A DNA stretch of 64,000 bases from contig JAKSNY010000007.1 in the NCBI GenBank assembly GCA_024399495.1, positions 40,516-104,515 of the forward strand, given 5' to 3'. Every line of letters begins with the position of its first letter. Within the stretch, counting starts at the first letter, position 1. A program made the translations under genes and the position numbers. Below the pieces are notes generated by a model. That model ran no database searches. It was not told the origin of the DNA and worked only from the letters and a program-made list of their open reading frames with translations. This document shows, one piece after another, positions 46,601 through 57,024 of this stretch. The DNA is from Paludibacteraceae bacterium. GTDB lineage: Bacteria > Bacteroidota > Bacteroidia > Bacteroidales > Paludibacteraceae.

Positions 46601-49600
46601 CTTCACCAATTGCCAATGCTGGCGAAGACGCATCTGTATGTTATGGCAATACTCATAAGTTAGGTGCTGCAAGTGAGTTTGGTGTTGATTATTCGTGGAT
46701 TCCTGCCGATAAGGTTGATAATCCTACTGTTTCCAATCCATACACGATTGCTATTGAAGAGGATTTGAATTTTACTTTAACAGCCAAACTACACGATGCT
46801 CCATATTGTTCAAGTACCGATAATGTTAAGATTACAAAGGTTGACTATCCAAGGCAGTATGAGGTATCGGGTGATAACAACTATTGTAAAGGTCACTCAA
46901 CTGACGCTATGATAGTCTCTCTTTCAAGTTCGGACCACAACACAGAGTATGCGTTGATGAAAAACGGAATTCAGGTTGGAGATTACACTCCCGGCACAGG
47001 TACAAAATTGCAATGGTACGATAATACTGCGGGTGTATATACCGTTAAAGGTAGAATAATAGGTACGGATTGTGAGAAGGACATGATTGGCAAGGCAACC
47101 ATAATAGAGAGAGAGGCACCTACTGCCAAGATTAATGTGATAGGTGATGTGGCTTGTCCGGGTGAGGAGGCTGTAATACAGGTGGTGTTTAAGGGTGAGG
47201 CTCCTTTTGATTTTGTGATTTCAGAGAATGGGGAGAACAGAAATGAGCATACAGACACCAATACTTTTGAATATACCATTACGCCTATGAGTTCTGTGGT
47301 TATTAAGATAGAGCGTATTACTGATACGTACTGCACTAATTACTTTACCACAGAAAGTAAACCTGAACTTGATTTGGAACTTGAATCAGTGGCTGATTTC
47401 AAGATACATTCATCGCAGCCACACAATACAATTTGTCCGGGAGAGACGGTGACATTATCGATTGACTATACCGGTACTACTGCTGATTATCAATGGAGTA
47501 CTGGAGAAAAGAATGTGCCTGCCATTATAGTGGTGCCTGAAACCACCACACAATATGCATTGTATGCAGAAACAGAAACAGGTTGTGTATTGGAAGATAA
47601 CATTACTATTAATGTAGTTACGCCGGAACCTATAATCATTTCAGGATTAAAGGAATCAATGAACTATTGTAACAGTGAGGAGGCTATTGTATCCGCTAAT
47701 CCTGAGGGTGGTACTTTCTCTACAGTGCCTGCTAATGTGCTTCAAGGTACCAATAGATTGGATTTTTCTAAGATTAAAAAAACCTCTGAGGTTAAGTTAA
47801 ACTATAAGTATGGCTTAGAGCATTGCCAATTTGATACAACCGTTGTGTTATATGTAAGTGCCGTGATTTCAGAGGTGGATTGGATGGTAATTCCTGATTT
47901 TGGTCCTCCATATCTGGATTCATATACATATTGTTTGCCAAACGTAGATGACCAGGATAAGACCCTTCATTTGCAAGGCTATCCGCAGCAGAAGAACGGA
48001 AAATGGGAGGTGCGTGCAGAGGAGCCTGCAGCTAAGGCTAAAATCACAATAACAGACCCGAATAGGGCACAGGCTGTCTTTTCAGATTATTCAGCGGGTA
48101 CATATTGGGTTACATACCATATAATGGATGAGTTTGGCTGTGATGCCAGAAAAACAAAACAGATTAATGTAAGGGTTGATAATCAAGAGCTTGTGGATAT
48201 GAAGGGATTCTATTATGACCCTCAACAAGTGCTTTGCTCCAAAGACGCAAGTGCGGAGATAAGGGCTGATAATGTATCAGGTACATATACGATGTCACCT
48301 GCATCTGCTATAATATCCCAATCAGACGGTAGGCTTTGGTTTAAGCCTAATATGTTCAAACAAGGGGATCATAAGGCCATTTACACAATAATGGATGAGA
48401 AAGGTTGTCCTCATAAGTATTCCGCACCATTCAGTATAAAGGCACCTGTAAATATCAAACCTTTTGGTCTTGAACCAAGTTATTGTGATTATGATGATGA
48501 TGTGGCTCTTAGAATAGAATCTGATTCCCCCACAGAAGGTATCGTGAATATGTATAAATGCAAGAGCGGTACAAGTTGTTCTGATGATGCTGATTGGGAG
48601 TTGGTTGAGGCTGTCGCTTCAACAGCAGATCCTGTTTATTTCCGTCCTACATGGGGTGCCGGGCATTATAAGATTGTGTATGATTACAACGATGGTGTTT
48701 GTGATTGGTCTTATACAGAGACAGTTGATGTATATGCGCCAACTCCTATAGATATGAACCTTAAATCAGATTACTGTCGTTCAGATAAACCTATACAACT
48801 TGCGGCGACTCCATTTGGAGGCAATTATTGGACAAATGCACCTGAAGGTTCGTTAATCAACACCACATTCTATACCAATAAAGCAGGTTTGGGTGTATAT
48901 AAGATAGGTTATGAGGTTAAGAATGAACATGGATGTGTGTCTTCTGATTCCGCCCAAATTCAGGTTCGCGGTACAGACAATCTTGCAATCTTTGACCTAG
49001 AGCCGATATATTGCAGTCCTGAGGGTGAGGTTACAATATTCGGATTCCCTACAGAAGAGGGAGAAGGCTGGTTTACAGGTCCTTCATTCCTGACTAATGA
49101 ACCCGATAGAGAGGGTTATGCCTCAATGGATTTGACACAGGGCAGACATACATCATCATACGATGTAACCTATCACTTTAAAATTGATTATCAACTTGCA
49201 ACAGGCGAGACAGAGTATTGTGAGTCCACTCTTACAGACCAATTCCGTATTCTAAATGAGGCATCTGATTTTGGTGGTTATGAACATTTGTCATATATAT
49301 GTGGAGATAGGGATTATGTAATATTGCAAGCCAATCATAAAAATAATACAGACTTTATTTTTAGTGAAAAGGATTCCCCTGCGTTTAAGGATAATCGTGA
49401 CGGAACTGCTGTTCTCTATCCAAGACAATTGGATAAGGGTATGTATTCCGTAACTATGAAACACTACTTAGTAGAGGACGGCGATACAATATGCGGCACA
49501 TCTAAGGTTAAATCTTTCTATATAGAGAGACTTCTTGATATACCTCAGATAGGTCTATACTGCCGTGACGGCAATAATGCCATAAAGATGGCAAAATCTG

Positions 49601-52600
49601 AGGTTGGTGTAAAATATACATTGAGTGTAAACAATAATTTCTTTGAAGACCGTATAGGAACAGGTGATTCATTGCAGTTTAAGGCTCTTGACGGACCGTA
49701 CGATATTGCACTTTGCAAGATAGAGGCATCTGACCATGGTTGCCGTTACGCCATGTCAAAAGTAATCAGTGTTGAAAAATTGAAGATGGATTTTGACACC
49801 AAGAACATAACCTGCTATGGACTGTCTGACGGTCAGTTTGTTGCTACAGTGGCAGGCGGTAGATTGCCGTATGACCATCAGTTGACACAAACATCGGGTG
49901 GTTCAATATCTGTTAAGGATTCACTTGATATGAACCTAAAAGTAGGTGAGTATCACTATTCTGTTACTGATAGTGTAGGGTGTGAACGTACTGCAGACTT
50001 TGAAATAACCCAGCCTCAAGAACTTACAGTTACAATACAGAAACAGGAGGTTAACTGTACCGGAACAAGTACAGGTATGTTAAGGGCTGTGCCTAGTGGT
50101 GGTACAGGTACACCTACATATCAATGGGTTGATTTAAATACAGGCACAGTTGTAGGAGAGGACGCAACTTTGATTGATGTTCCAAGCGGAACTTATCAGG
50201 TTACAATTACAGATGTAAATGGTTGCACAGCGTTTGCTACTGAAACCTTAGTGAACCCTGAACCGTTAAAGGCTGTTGTTACAAGAGTAAAGAATGTAGA
50301 TGTTATAGGCACTGCGGAGGGTGAGATAGATATAGCCGTTCAAGGCGGCATTGAGCCATATTCATATCATTGGTCGGGTAGGAGTATTACCCCTGACACA
50401 GAAGGATTACAGAATCAAACAGCACTGTTGGCAGGTAATTATTATACAACCATTACTGATGGCAGAGGTTGTACCTACGATGTGTCCGCCGTTATTACTG
50501 AACCTACACCATTCATTGTCATAGATAAGATTAATAATGTAAGTTGCAACGGCGGTTCAGATGGTTATATAAATCTTACAGTATCTGGTGCAACCCCTGA
50601 TTATACATATTTGTGGACACACCCCGATGCCACAACAACTACCGATAAAGACATCCTTAATGTTAAAGCAGGAATGTATCATGTGGTGATTACCGATGCT
50701 GTGGGTAATGTTTATGAGAATGATTATAAGGTGACAGAGCCTCAACTTCTTACAGTGGAGACCATAATTACATCTAATTTTGAGGAGAAGTGCTTTGGCG
50801 ATGCCACTGCAAATATAGATATTGCAATCAATGGTGGCACAGAGCCGTTTAACGTAAAATGGATAGGTGTTCAGACAGAACAAATAGCAGATTCTGCACA
50901 TGTGTTTAATTTACCCGAAGGAACTTACACAGTAGAGATAGTTGATAGCAAAGGTTGTGAAACATCACTTTCACAAAATATAACCCAACCGTCCAAGCCT
51001 CTTGCAATAACCGCAGCCATTATAAAGGAGAACGTATGTGGTGGAGAGGGTGCAGGCAGTATAGAGATTGAAGTGGAGGGTGGTACAGAACCATACACCT
51101 ACTTATGGACAGGTGCGGGAGTTGTAACTGACCAAAAGAATCAGTACAATCTTAACGGAGGTGTGTTCGGTGTTAATATCACCGATGCCAACGGATGTAC
51201 AATAGACAGGGCATTCACATTGTTTGATCCTGCACCTATAAGCATAACCGCCTACGGAGAAAACCTTACCTGCTTTGAGAGCAATAACGGAAAAGTATGG
51301 TCAGAGGTTAGCGGAGGTGTATATCCGTATAGTTTTGTATGGAATTATGACGGAGTGCAAATTTCAACCGATTCTATAGTAACATCTCTTAACAAGGCTG
51401 GCTCTTACTATGTGGAGCTTACAGATAAATTAGGTTGTAAAGGCAACTCTATGTATGAGATAACCCAACCAACAGAGATTACAGCATCTACAGATATATA
51501 TGATATTACATGTAATGGTGCTGCTGACGGTAAGGTTACGGTGACACCTCAAGGTGGTGTGGAGGCTTACAGTTACGTTTGGTACAATGTTGCGGATATG
51601 TCAATCGTAATATCCACACTTTCAGAAGCGGCTAACTTAGAGCCAGGTGCATATAGGGCTAATGTTACAGATGCAAACGGTTGTACCTTGCAGACAGAGG
51701 TGCTTACAGTAAAGCAGCCTGAAGCGTTGAGTATAACATACAATAAAGACGATGTGGCTATATATGGAGAGGCTACGGGTCAGATTGCGGTAACACCTGC
51801 CGGTGGTACACCTGCATATACGTATTTGTGGACATCGGGTCCAAGTATCACAGATGACAATAAGCATGATGCCACCATTGTCAACCTGCTTGCTGGAGAT
51901 TACTTTATAGAAGTTACAGATGCCAACGGATGTGTAGCAAATGAGCATATAATAATAACAGAACCAACTGTTCTTGAAGTAACTGAAACAATTAAGAATG
52001 TAGTCTGCAACGGAACTGCTACAGGTAGTATAAATCTTTCTGTTTCAGGTGGTAAAGAACCGTATGTGTATGCATGGACATCAGATAAAGGTTATACTGC
52101 TACAACAAAAGATATTTTGAATATCGTTGCTGATAAATATACAGTAGTGGTAACAGATGCTAACGGAGCGTCAGTTACAAGAACTTATCAAGTAGTGGAG
52201 CCAGATGCCCTTACTGCGATTTTAGACCCTGCCGCGTCAGTATTAAGCGTAAAATGTTTTGGAGATAAGAGCGGTGCTATAAAGATGCTTTACGGTGGTG
52301 GTACTACACCATATACAGCAGTATGGAATGGTCCTGATACACCGGCAGTGCCTACCGATATTTCTTACATAGACAATTTAGGAGTAGGCACATACTCATT
52401 GACATTGACTGATGCTGCAGGTTGCGTAAATAACACGTTCTCCACAAGTATAACGGGTCCTGCAGCGGCTCTTGCAATTTCAGGCGATATTACCGATGTT
52501 AAGTGTGCTGAGGACAAGGATGGTGCCATCACAATAGACGTGACAGGAGGAACCGCTCCTTATGCATATAAGTGGACAGGAGATGAAGGGCTTGTACCTG

Positions 52601-55600
52601 ATGCCAAAGACCAGACAACACTTGTTGCAGGTGGTATATATAGAGTAGAGGTGGAGGATGCTAACGGTTGTACGGAGTCTAAAGTGTTTACATTGGATTC
52701 ACGTATCGCTATAGAGATTTCACTTACATCAACCAATGAGCCTTGCCATAGTGATAAGGAAGGTACTATAAAAGCGGAAGTAATTGGAGGTAGTGGTGTT
52801 TATGTGCCTGAATGGGTGAACAGTGACGGTTCTTGGAAATCATCAAATTATGAAGAGATTAATCTAAAGGCGGATACATATACATTTACTGTTAAAGATG
52901 AGTTTGGTTGTGAGAAGAGTGGCTCTGTAACAATTTCAGAACCTGATACACTTACAGTTACAGTAGATGCTCCAAGTGTATTGTGTGACGGCACAAAAGA
53001 CGGTGATGCATACGCCAATATACCTGAAGGTGCCGGAACCAAGCCATATAGCTACACATGGTACAATGACAGTGGTGCAGAAATTGGTCATGGCTCTCAT
53101 CTTGCACATCTTGGTGCAGGCTACTATACGCTTGGTGTTGTTGATGCCAATGGTTGCGAGGCATCAGATAATTTCTTGATTAACGCATCGTCGCTTATAG
53201 TGATAGAGGTGTTGTCGGTACACGATGTATCTGTACATGGAGGCAATGACGGAAGCATAGAGGTTAGTGTTACAGGTGGCACCGCACCTTTGACATACTC
53301 TTGGACAGGACGTGGAATTGACCCGGCAAAACAGGGCGATTTGAATCAATATAATCTTGTTGCAGGCACTTATACACTTACTGTAAAAGACCAATTTGAT
53401 TGCACCAAATCTTTGGTTGTCACCATAAATGAGCCAGCTACAATGATAGTGACACCTGTTGTAGGTCAACTGACATGTAACGGAGACAAGGGTTACATAG
53501 AACTTGATGTTACAGGAGGTGATGAGCCTTATGTATGTAGTTGGACATCAGATAAGGGCTTTACCTCTGATGAACTTATGATTTATGATTTGGAGCCTGA
53601 TATTTACTCTGTTGAGATTACAGACCAGCGTGGTAATAAGTTTAATGGAAGTTATGAGATTTACGAGGTTGCACCTGTTGAGTGGAAACTGTTGGAGTCA
53701 AGCAAGACAGAGCTATCATGCTATGGAGATAGAGACGGATTCCTGAACTTAGGGGTGACTGGCGGCAGCAAACACTACAATATATCATGGCATGGTCCTA
53801 AAGTTGCAAAAACAGGTGTGTTCAATATATCCAATTTGGAGGCAGGAACATACACCGCCTATATAGAAGACTCAAAGGGTTGTAAGCCTTTGGAGCAGTT
53901 CTCCGCTGAGATTACACAACCTGACACCATAGTCTTGAGGGCAGACATTGTAGATAATGTCTGCTATAGAGATAAGGCAGGTTCCATTACAATAGACATT
54001 ACAGGTGGTGTTCCTGATTATACATATCAGTGGGCAGGTTTTGGTGTTGTAACAGACAGTAAAGACCAGACTAATCTGCTTGCAGGTAATTACAACCTGA
54101 AGATGGTTGATAATAACGGGTGTGGCGTTGACACCACATTTGTAATAACATCGCCTATTGAGTATAAGGCGGTTATTACAGGAGCTAATGAAGTGTGCAA
54201 AGGTGATGAAATAGACTTGCAGATAAATGTGGCAGGAGATACCCCTTGGAATGTGGAATATACTGACGGCTCAGACATATTTACAAAAGTTATGACAGCC
54301 GATGTGGAGCCTGTGGCTGTTTCTCCTGACAGGAACTGCACATATACACTGCTTAGTGTTACCGATGGCAAGGGTTGTCAAAACACAGTATCTGGTAGTG
54401 TGCCTGTAACTGTACATGATAAGCCTACACTTTCTGTAGTGAGTGCAGAGCAAGATTGCTGCTTGGGTAACGATATACACGTGGAGATGTTTGCCGGCAA
54501 TGGAGAGCAGTGGTTTGTTTCTTATACAGATGGCTCAATGGATTATATTGACGGTCCGTTCACAGACCAGCATATAGTTCTTACCATTACACCAACATCT
54601 ACAGGTAAGCAACATTATACTATCACTACTGTATCAAACGGATATTGTATTACAGATGTGGATTATGAGTTTGATGTGGATGTATATCAGTATCCAAACC
54701 TTGCAGTAGAGGTTCCGCCTGCGGTATGCCAACCAAATCCTATAGAGGTTACATTACACCCTACAGGCGATGCTCCATGGCATATAACATACTCATTCAA
54801 CGGTTCTCATTTTGAGAAGGATATTACCGCCGATGGTGAGGTTGTATCACACGTGCCTACCAGACCTGATAATGTATTTATATTTGAGTCTATACGTTCA
54901 GGAGAGCATTGTGCAACAACATTGGGCAAGCAGTTGCAATGTAGTGTAGGAATGTTGCCAAAGGATGCGACTCTTGTAACGGGACCTAATTTAGTATGCA
55001 TGGATTCTCATTATGAGTATCATGCGGCAGACATTCTTTATGCAGATAAATATGAGTGGGAGTTGCCTTCAGGATTCACCATTATGAGTGGAGATGGTAC
55101 GGCTAACATAGTAGTGGCTACAGACAATACTGCGATTAGCGGAGAAATAAAGGTTAAGGGAGTTAACGATTGTGGCGAGGGCGAAACTTCATCTATGTTT
55201 GTGGAGATAGTCAAGCCTATTACCGCCGCCGGTGAAATATCGGCACCTTTGTATGTATGTGAAAACGCAGCCTTGTTTGCACTCTCTGTTTCTGATGTGC
55301 CTGAGGCTACGGATTATGAGTGGACACTGCCTACAGGATATTCCATAGTATCGGGGCAAGGTTCAAGAAGCATACTTGTGGAGATAGACATATTTGCAAA
55401 GAGTGGTGATGTGACGGTAGTCCCAAGCAATGCCTGTATGAAAGCGGAACCGATAACAAAGTATATTACAATAAGACCTTTGCCTATTGCTGAGGCAGGT
55501 ATAGACTTTAATACAAATTGTGCCACCGATGCCACTCTGAAAGCAAAATTGGCGGCTTCCACTACAGCCACATGGACGCTTGTATCGGGTGGTGCCACCA

Positions 55601-57024
55601 TTAAGGATATAGCAAGCCCTACAACGGCAATAAGCGATATAGCATTTGGCGTTAATGAGTTCCGCTGGGACGTTACAGACGGCTACTGTCTGAACTATGA
55701 TACCGTAGCGGTAACTTGCGATAATCCGGGTATAACAGAGCCTGAGGAGACTGATGTTACAACTTGTGAGAATCGGGTTCTGCTGCGTGCCCCTGCCCCT
55801 AAATTCGGACAAGGTAGGTGGACACTGATTTTTGGTGACGGAGATGTGCTTACCCCTGACTCAAATGAGTCTTACGTAGTGGATTTAAGCACTAAGGTTA
55901 CTAATGTGGTGCGTTGGGAGGTTTATTATGGTGCGTGCAGCAATACAAGAGATGTTAATATAATATCAAACAACCTTTCCAAGGTGGCAGATGCAGGTGA
56001 AGATGGTGTAACCCTTGACGGCACATATAGATTAAGTGCCCGTATGATTAGCGTTCCTAATGTTCAAGGTACTTGGGAGGTTGTAGATGGCGGTACAGGC
56101 ACAATAGATGACCCGCATGCAGAGAACACTATGGTAAGGGGCCTGCAATCGGGTATAAGCACTGTACGATGGACGTTGAGAGGTTATAATTGTGAGGCAT
56201 ACGATGAGGTTCAAATCCGTACGGTAGATGAGCCTGAAGCGTCATATAAGGTGGATAAGGATGCTGGTTGCGTTCCGTTTACCGTATTCTTTAATAATAC
56301 CACTTTAGGTGAGGCAACCTACAAGTGGGATTTTGGAGACGGATTTTCATCAGATTTACGCAGTCCTGAACATACTTTTACAGAACCAGGTACTTATAAT
56401 GTAACCCTTACGGCTATAGGTAAACGTAAGTCAGACCAATACAGAGGCAAGATTTCCGTATATCCGTCACCTCAAGCGGATTTTATGTCAGGAGAGAGAC
56501 AAGTTTATATTCCTAATGCAAAGATACAATTTAGAAACAACACAAACAAAACGGTAGAATGGTGGTGGGATTTTGGTGACGAAACCACGTCAAAAGAGGA
56601 GAATCCTCTACATGAGTATTTTGAAGACGGACTCTACACTGTTTCATTTGCTGTTGCAGATGTCAAGGGCTGTAAGGACACATTGGTTATGAAGGATTAT
56701 GTGAATGTATCTAAAGAGTCATTTATAGTGTTCCCAACGGCATTTGTTCCTAATTTGGAGAGTGCAAATGGTGGTGCATATAATCCTGAGGATAGGGCTC
56801 TTGATGTGTTCCGCCCTGTATTCAGAAATGTAGATACATATACTCTGATGATATACAACCAATGGGGTACGCAGGTATTCCAATCAAATGATATACTTAT
56901 AGGTTGGGACGGCTACTATCAAGGAAATTGTGCTATGCAGGGCACATACGTGTTCAAGGCTGAAGGAAGATATAAAGATGGCAGCTCATATAGAGTATCA
57001 GGTAATGTATTATTGGTAAGATGA
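43603..57024 (+). CDS. Giant (4473 aa) SprB-like cell-surface adhesin, T9SS cargo with type B C-terminal sorting domain
   Basis: It has a signal peptide followed by many Cys-bracketed Ig-like modules. Eighteen SprB-type repeats carry the pattern C.G...G.I......GG..PY.Y.W. Two PKD domains are present (YKWDFGDG..., WWWDFGDE...). The C-terminus FPTAFVPN...F.P.......Y.L.IYNQWG..VF.S......GWDG......G.YV matches the gliding-motility/CHU_C type B CTD. Confidence 0.9.
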   Translation: MRKSYILSLLMGLFLLATPTELYAVYTLAVFPTSSPVNVQYFTFENAGTNVPDEMVAYGSVSGEWNDYSYWVGVDNQQVGGISEVKTLSSLGACITGIFSVNIYSSHTYDKNYYPHQFRQLDDTQFIYGVACWVATLTEGCTAGDPNTAGSHVFTGSNTTFEYEFPVDITYATFKILKSTNGSDWGWDAGQVGHPQSGTVLKAGLNVIITDNGAGNISLNLPGVKRGDKVSLNMAKEGAIYTLDAYYVPTPVVTQIGDGCNKLIFRIDSYDTSKYTQHFTLNGTPITFTGNQYEVVNPVRGQNYTVKGYFTDTDNWAGYEASLTSSLPTLVEKPIVTASTAVCNVPITYTLVNPSPDVNYTWKLNGTSVKPQDNKYTLVSPTSGVEYKMEITAFDGCSEQTSDPVSRIYKESPETPVLKSQFSCGTAPVFTVTNYNSDNSYSWFVNGGLVTASGDTYTVEDGKLENKKVYTVKVTAIKDGCESQTSEITNAYIKNPDKPELSANSGCGDPVVFTLTSKDPYSTYSWVLNGTAVTPSGNSYSVSNPIDGQTYTMNVTASTSTDDGSFGPCVSAVETKSQTYQLSPSAPTVSPYSACAIAGTGSWSSLVQKGAGMSLAWYESQVSADEIPEPAEFNMAEAGTKSYWVAQKTASGCYSTRVEVKVTVIELPNKPISIPYAACPTATTETQEWSSLVNATGTLKWYATETSTTPTQVTTFDKSKTQTASYWVSQVSTDGCESKRAEVTVTVYQNPQVPTVTNYRDCQMSGYGKWADLVTHIGELRWYESETSAAQMASVPDFDKNVVGDRFYWVSQLSDKGCESKRVKVSASVLSKPTVYAGLNQKICSGTAVVLGEAITPSEEILYTWEPASLLENPTVPNPITRALSATTEFTATAYNKYLSSCSSTSSVIVTVVDKPVAELVNGIVPVCSGGSASFENIENESDVSYSWTPVSLIQGSAISYKMITKPVTEDTKFTLVASRKLSTTETCDSQVEATATVVPSPIANAGEDASVCYGNTHKLGAASEFGVDYSWIPADKVDNPTVSNPYTIAIEEDLNFTLTAKLHDAPYCSSTDNVKITKVDYPRQYEVSGDNNYCKGHSTDAMIVSLSSSDHNTEYALMKNGIQVGDYTPGTGTKLQWYDNTAGVYTVKGRIIGTDCEKDMIGKATIIEREAPTAKINVIGDVACPGEEAVIQVVFKGEAPFDFVISENGENRNEHTDTNTFEYTITPMSSVVIKIERITDTYCTNYFTTESKPELDLELESVADFKIHSSQPHNTICPGETVTLSIDYTGTTADYQWSTGEKNVPAIIVVPETTTQYALYAETETGCVLEDNITINVVTPEPIIISGLKESMNYCNSEEAIVSANPEGGTFSTVPANVLQGTNRLDFSKIKKTSEVKLNYKYGLEHCQFDTTVVLYVSAVISEVDWMVIPDFGPPYLDSYTYCLPNVDDQDKTLHLQGYPQQKNGKWEVRAEEPAAKAKITITDPNRAQAVFSDYSAGTYWVTYHIMDEFGCDARKTKQINVRVDNQELVDMKGFYYDPQQVLCSKDASAEIRADNVSGTYTMSPASAIISQSDGRLWFKPNMFKQGDHKAIYTIMDEKGCPHKYSAPFSIKAPVNIKPFGLEPSYCDYDDDVALRIESDSPTEGIVNMYKCKSGTSCSDDADWELVEAVASTADPVYFRPTWGAGHYKIVYDYNDGVCDWSYTETVDVYAPTPIDMNLKSDYCRSDKPIQLAATPFGGNYWTNAPEGSLINTTFYTNKAGLGVYKIGYEVKNEHGCVSSDSAQIQVRGTDNLAIFDLEPIYCSPEGEVTIFGFPTEEGEGWFTGPSFLTNEPDREGYASMDLTQGRHTSSYDVTYHFKIDYQLATGETEYCESTLTDQFRILNEASDFGGYEHLSYICGDRDYVILQANHKNNTDFIFSEKDSPAFKDNRDGTAVLYPRQLDKGMYSVTMKHYLVEDGDTICGTSKVKSFYIERLLDIPQIGLYCRDGNNAIKMAKSEVGVKYTLSVNNNFFEDRIGTGDSLQFKALDGPYDIALCKIEASDHGCRYAMSKVISVEKLKMDFDTKNITCYGLSDGQFVATVAGGRLPYDHQLTQTSGGSISVKDSLDMNLKVGEYHYSVTDSVGCERTADFEITQPQELTVTIQKQEVNCTGTSTGMLRAVPSGGTGTPTYQWVDLNTGTVVGEDATLIDVPSGTYQVTITDVNGCTAFATETLVNPEPLKAVVTRVKNVDVIGTAEGEIDIAVQGGIEPYSYHWSGRSITPDTEGLQNQTALLAGNYYTTITDGRGCTYDVSAVITEPTPFIVIDKINNVSCNGGSDGYINLTVSGATPDYTYLWTHPDATTTTDKDILNVKAGMYHVVITDAVGNVYENDYKVTEPQLLTVETIITSNFEEKCFGDATANIDIAINGGTEPFNVKWIGVQTEQIADSAHVFNLPEGTYTVEIVDSKGCETSLSQNITQPSKPLAITAAIIKENVCGGEGAGSIEIEVEGGTEPYTYLWTGAGVVTDQKNQYNLNGGVFGVNITDANGCTIDRAFTLFDPAPISITAYGENLTCFESNNGKVWSEVSGGVYPYSFVWNYDGVQISTDSIVTSLNKAGSYYVELTDKLGCKGNSMYEITQPTEITASTDIYDITCNGAADGKVTVTPQGGVEAYSYVWYNVADMSIVISTLSEAANLEPGAYRANVTDANGCTLQTEVLTVKQPEALSITYNKDDVAIYGEATGQIAVTPAGGTPAYTYLWTSGPSITDDNKHDATIVNLLAGDYFIEVTDANGCVANEHIIITEPTVLEVTETIKNVVCNGTATGSINLSVSGGKEPYVYAWTSDKGYTATTKDILNIVADKYTVVVTDANGASVTRTYQVVEPDALTAILDPAASVLSVKCFGDKSGAIKMLYGGGTTPYTAVWNGPDTPAVPTDISYIDNLGVGTYSLTLTDAAGCVNNTFSTSITGPAAALAISGDITDVKCAEDKDGAITIDVTGGTAPYAYKWTGDEGLVPDAKDQTTLVAGGIYRVEVEDANGCTESKVFTLDSRIAIEISLTSTNEPCHSDKEGTIKAEVIGGSGVYVPEWVNSDGSWKSSNYEEINLKADTYTFTVKDEFGCEKSGSVTISEPDTLTVTVDAPSVLCDGTKDGDAYANIPEGAGTKPYSYTWYNDSGAEIGHGSHLAHLGAGYYTLGVVDANGCEASDNFLINASSLIVIEVLSVHDVSVHGGNDGSIEVSVTGGTAPLTYSWTGRGIDPAKQGDLNQYNLVAGTYTLTVKDQFDCTKSLVVTINEPATMIVTPVVGQLTCNGDKGYIELDVTGGDEPYVCSWTSDKGFTSDELMIYDLEPDIYSVEITDQRGNKFNGSYEIYEVAPVEWKLLESSKTELSCYGDRDGFLNLGVTGGSKHYNISWHGPKVAKTGVFNISNLEAGTYTAYIEDSKGCKPLEQFSAEITQPDTIVLRADIVDNVCYRDKAGSITIDITGGVPDYTYQWAGFGVVTDSKDQTNLLAGNYNLKMVDNNGCGVDTTFVITSPIEYKAVITGANEVCKGDEIDLQINVAGDTPWNVEYTDGSDIFTKVMTADVEPVAVSPDRNCTYTLLSVTDGKGCQNTVSGSVPVTVHDKPTLSVVSAEQDCCLGNDIHVEMFAGNGEQWFVSYTDGSMDYIDGPFTDQHIVLTITPTSTGKQHYTITTVSNGYCITDVDYEFDVDVYQYPNLAVEVPPAVCQPNPIEVTLHPTGDAPWHITYSFNGSHFEKDITADGEVVSHVPTRPDNVFIFESIRSGEHCATTLGKQLQCSVGMLPKDATLVTGPNLVCMDSHYEYHAADILYADKYEWELPSGFTIMSGDGTANIVVATDNTAISGEIKVKGVNDCGEGETSSMFVEIVKPITAAGEISAPLYVCENAALFALSVSDVPEATDYEWTLPTGYSIVSGQGSRSILVEIDIFAKSGDVTVVPSNACMKAEPITKYITIRPLPIAEAGIDFNTNCATDATLKAKLAASTTATWTLVSGGATIKDIASPTTAISDIAFGVNEFRWDVTDGYCLNYDTVAVTCDNPGITEPEETDVTTCENRVLLRAPAPKFGQGRWTLIFGDGDVLTPDSNESYVVDLSTKVTNVVRWEVYYGACSNTRDVNIISNNLSKVADAGEDGVTLDGTYRLSARMISVPNVQGTWEVVDGGTGTIDDPHAENTMVRGLQSGISTVRWTLRGYNCEAYDEVQIRTVDEPEASYKVDKDAGCVPFTVFFNNTTLGEATYKWDFGDGFSSDLRSPEHTFTEPGTYNVTLTAIGKRKSDQYRGKISVYPSPQADFMSGERQVYIPNAKIQFRNNTNKTVEWWWDFGDETTSKEENPLHEYFEDGLYTVSFAVADVKGCKDTLVMKDYVNVSKESFIVFPTAFVPNLESANGGAYNPEDRALDVFRPVFRNVDTYTLMIYNQWGTQVFQSNDILIGWDGYYQGNCAMQGTYVFKAEGRYKDGSSYRVSGNVLLVR
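49804..54156 (+). other. Array of 18 SprB repeats (about 80 aa each) inside the giant adhesin
   Basis: Counted by eye from the GG..PY.Y.W cores: VAGGRLPYDHQL, PSGGTGTPTYQW, VQGGIEPYSYHW and so on to ITGGVPDYTYQW. The copies are diverged at the nucleotide level. Confidence 0.75.
56719..57021 (+). other. T9SS type B C-terminal sorting domain of the adhesin
   Basis: These are the last 101 aa: SFIVFPTAFVPNLESANGG...TYTLMIYNQWGTQVFQS...GWDGYYQGN..QGTYVFKAEGRYKDGS...GNVLLVR. Confidence 0.8.

Noticed and set aside
49804-54156. SprB-repeat region as a DNA-level tandem repeat or assembly collapse
   Set aside because: The 18 protein repeats are clearly diverged at the nucleotide level, with no long identical stretches seen by eye. 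The single ORF therefore looks genuine. Long-read confirmation would still be prudent.
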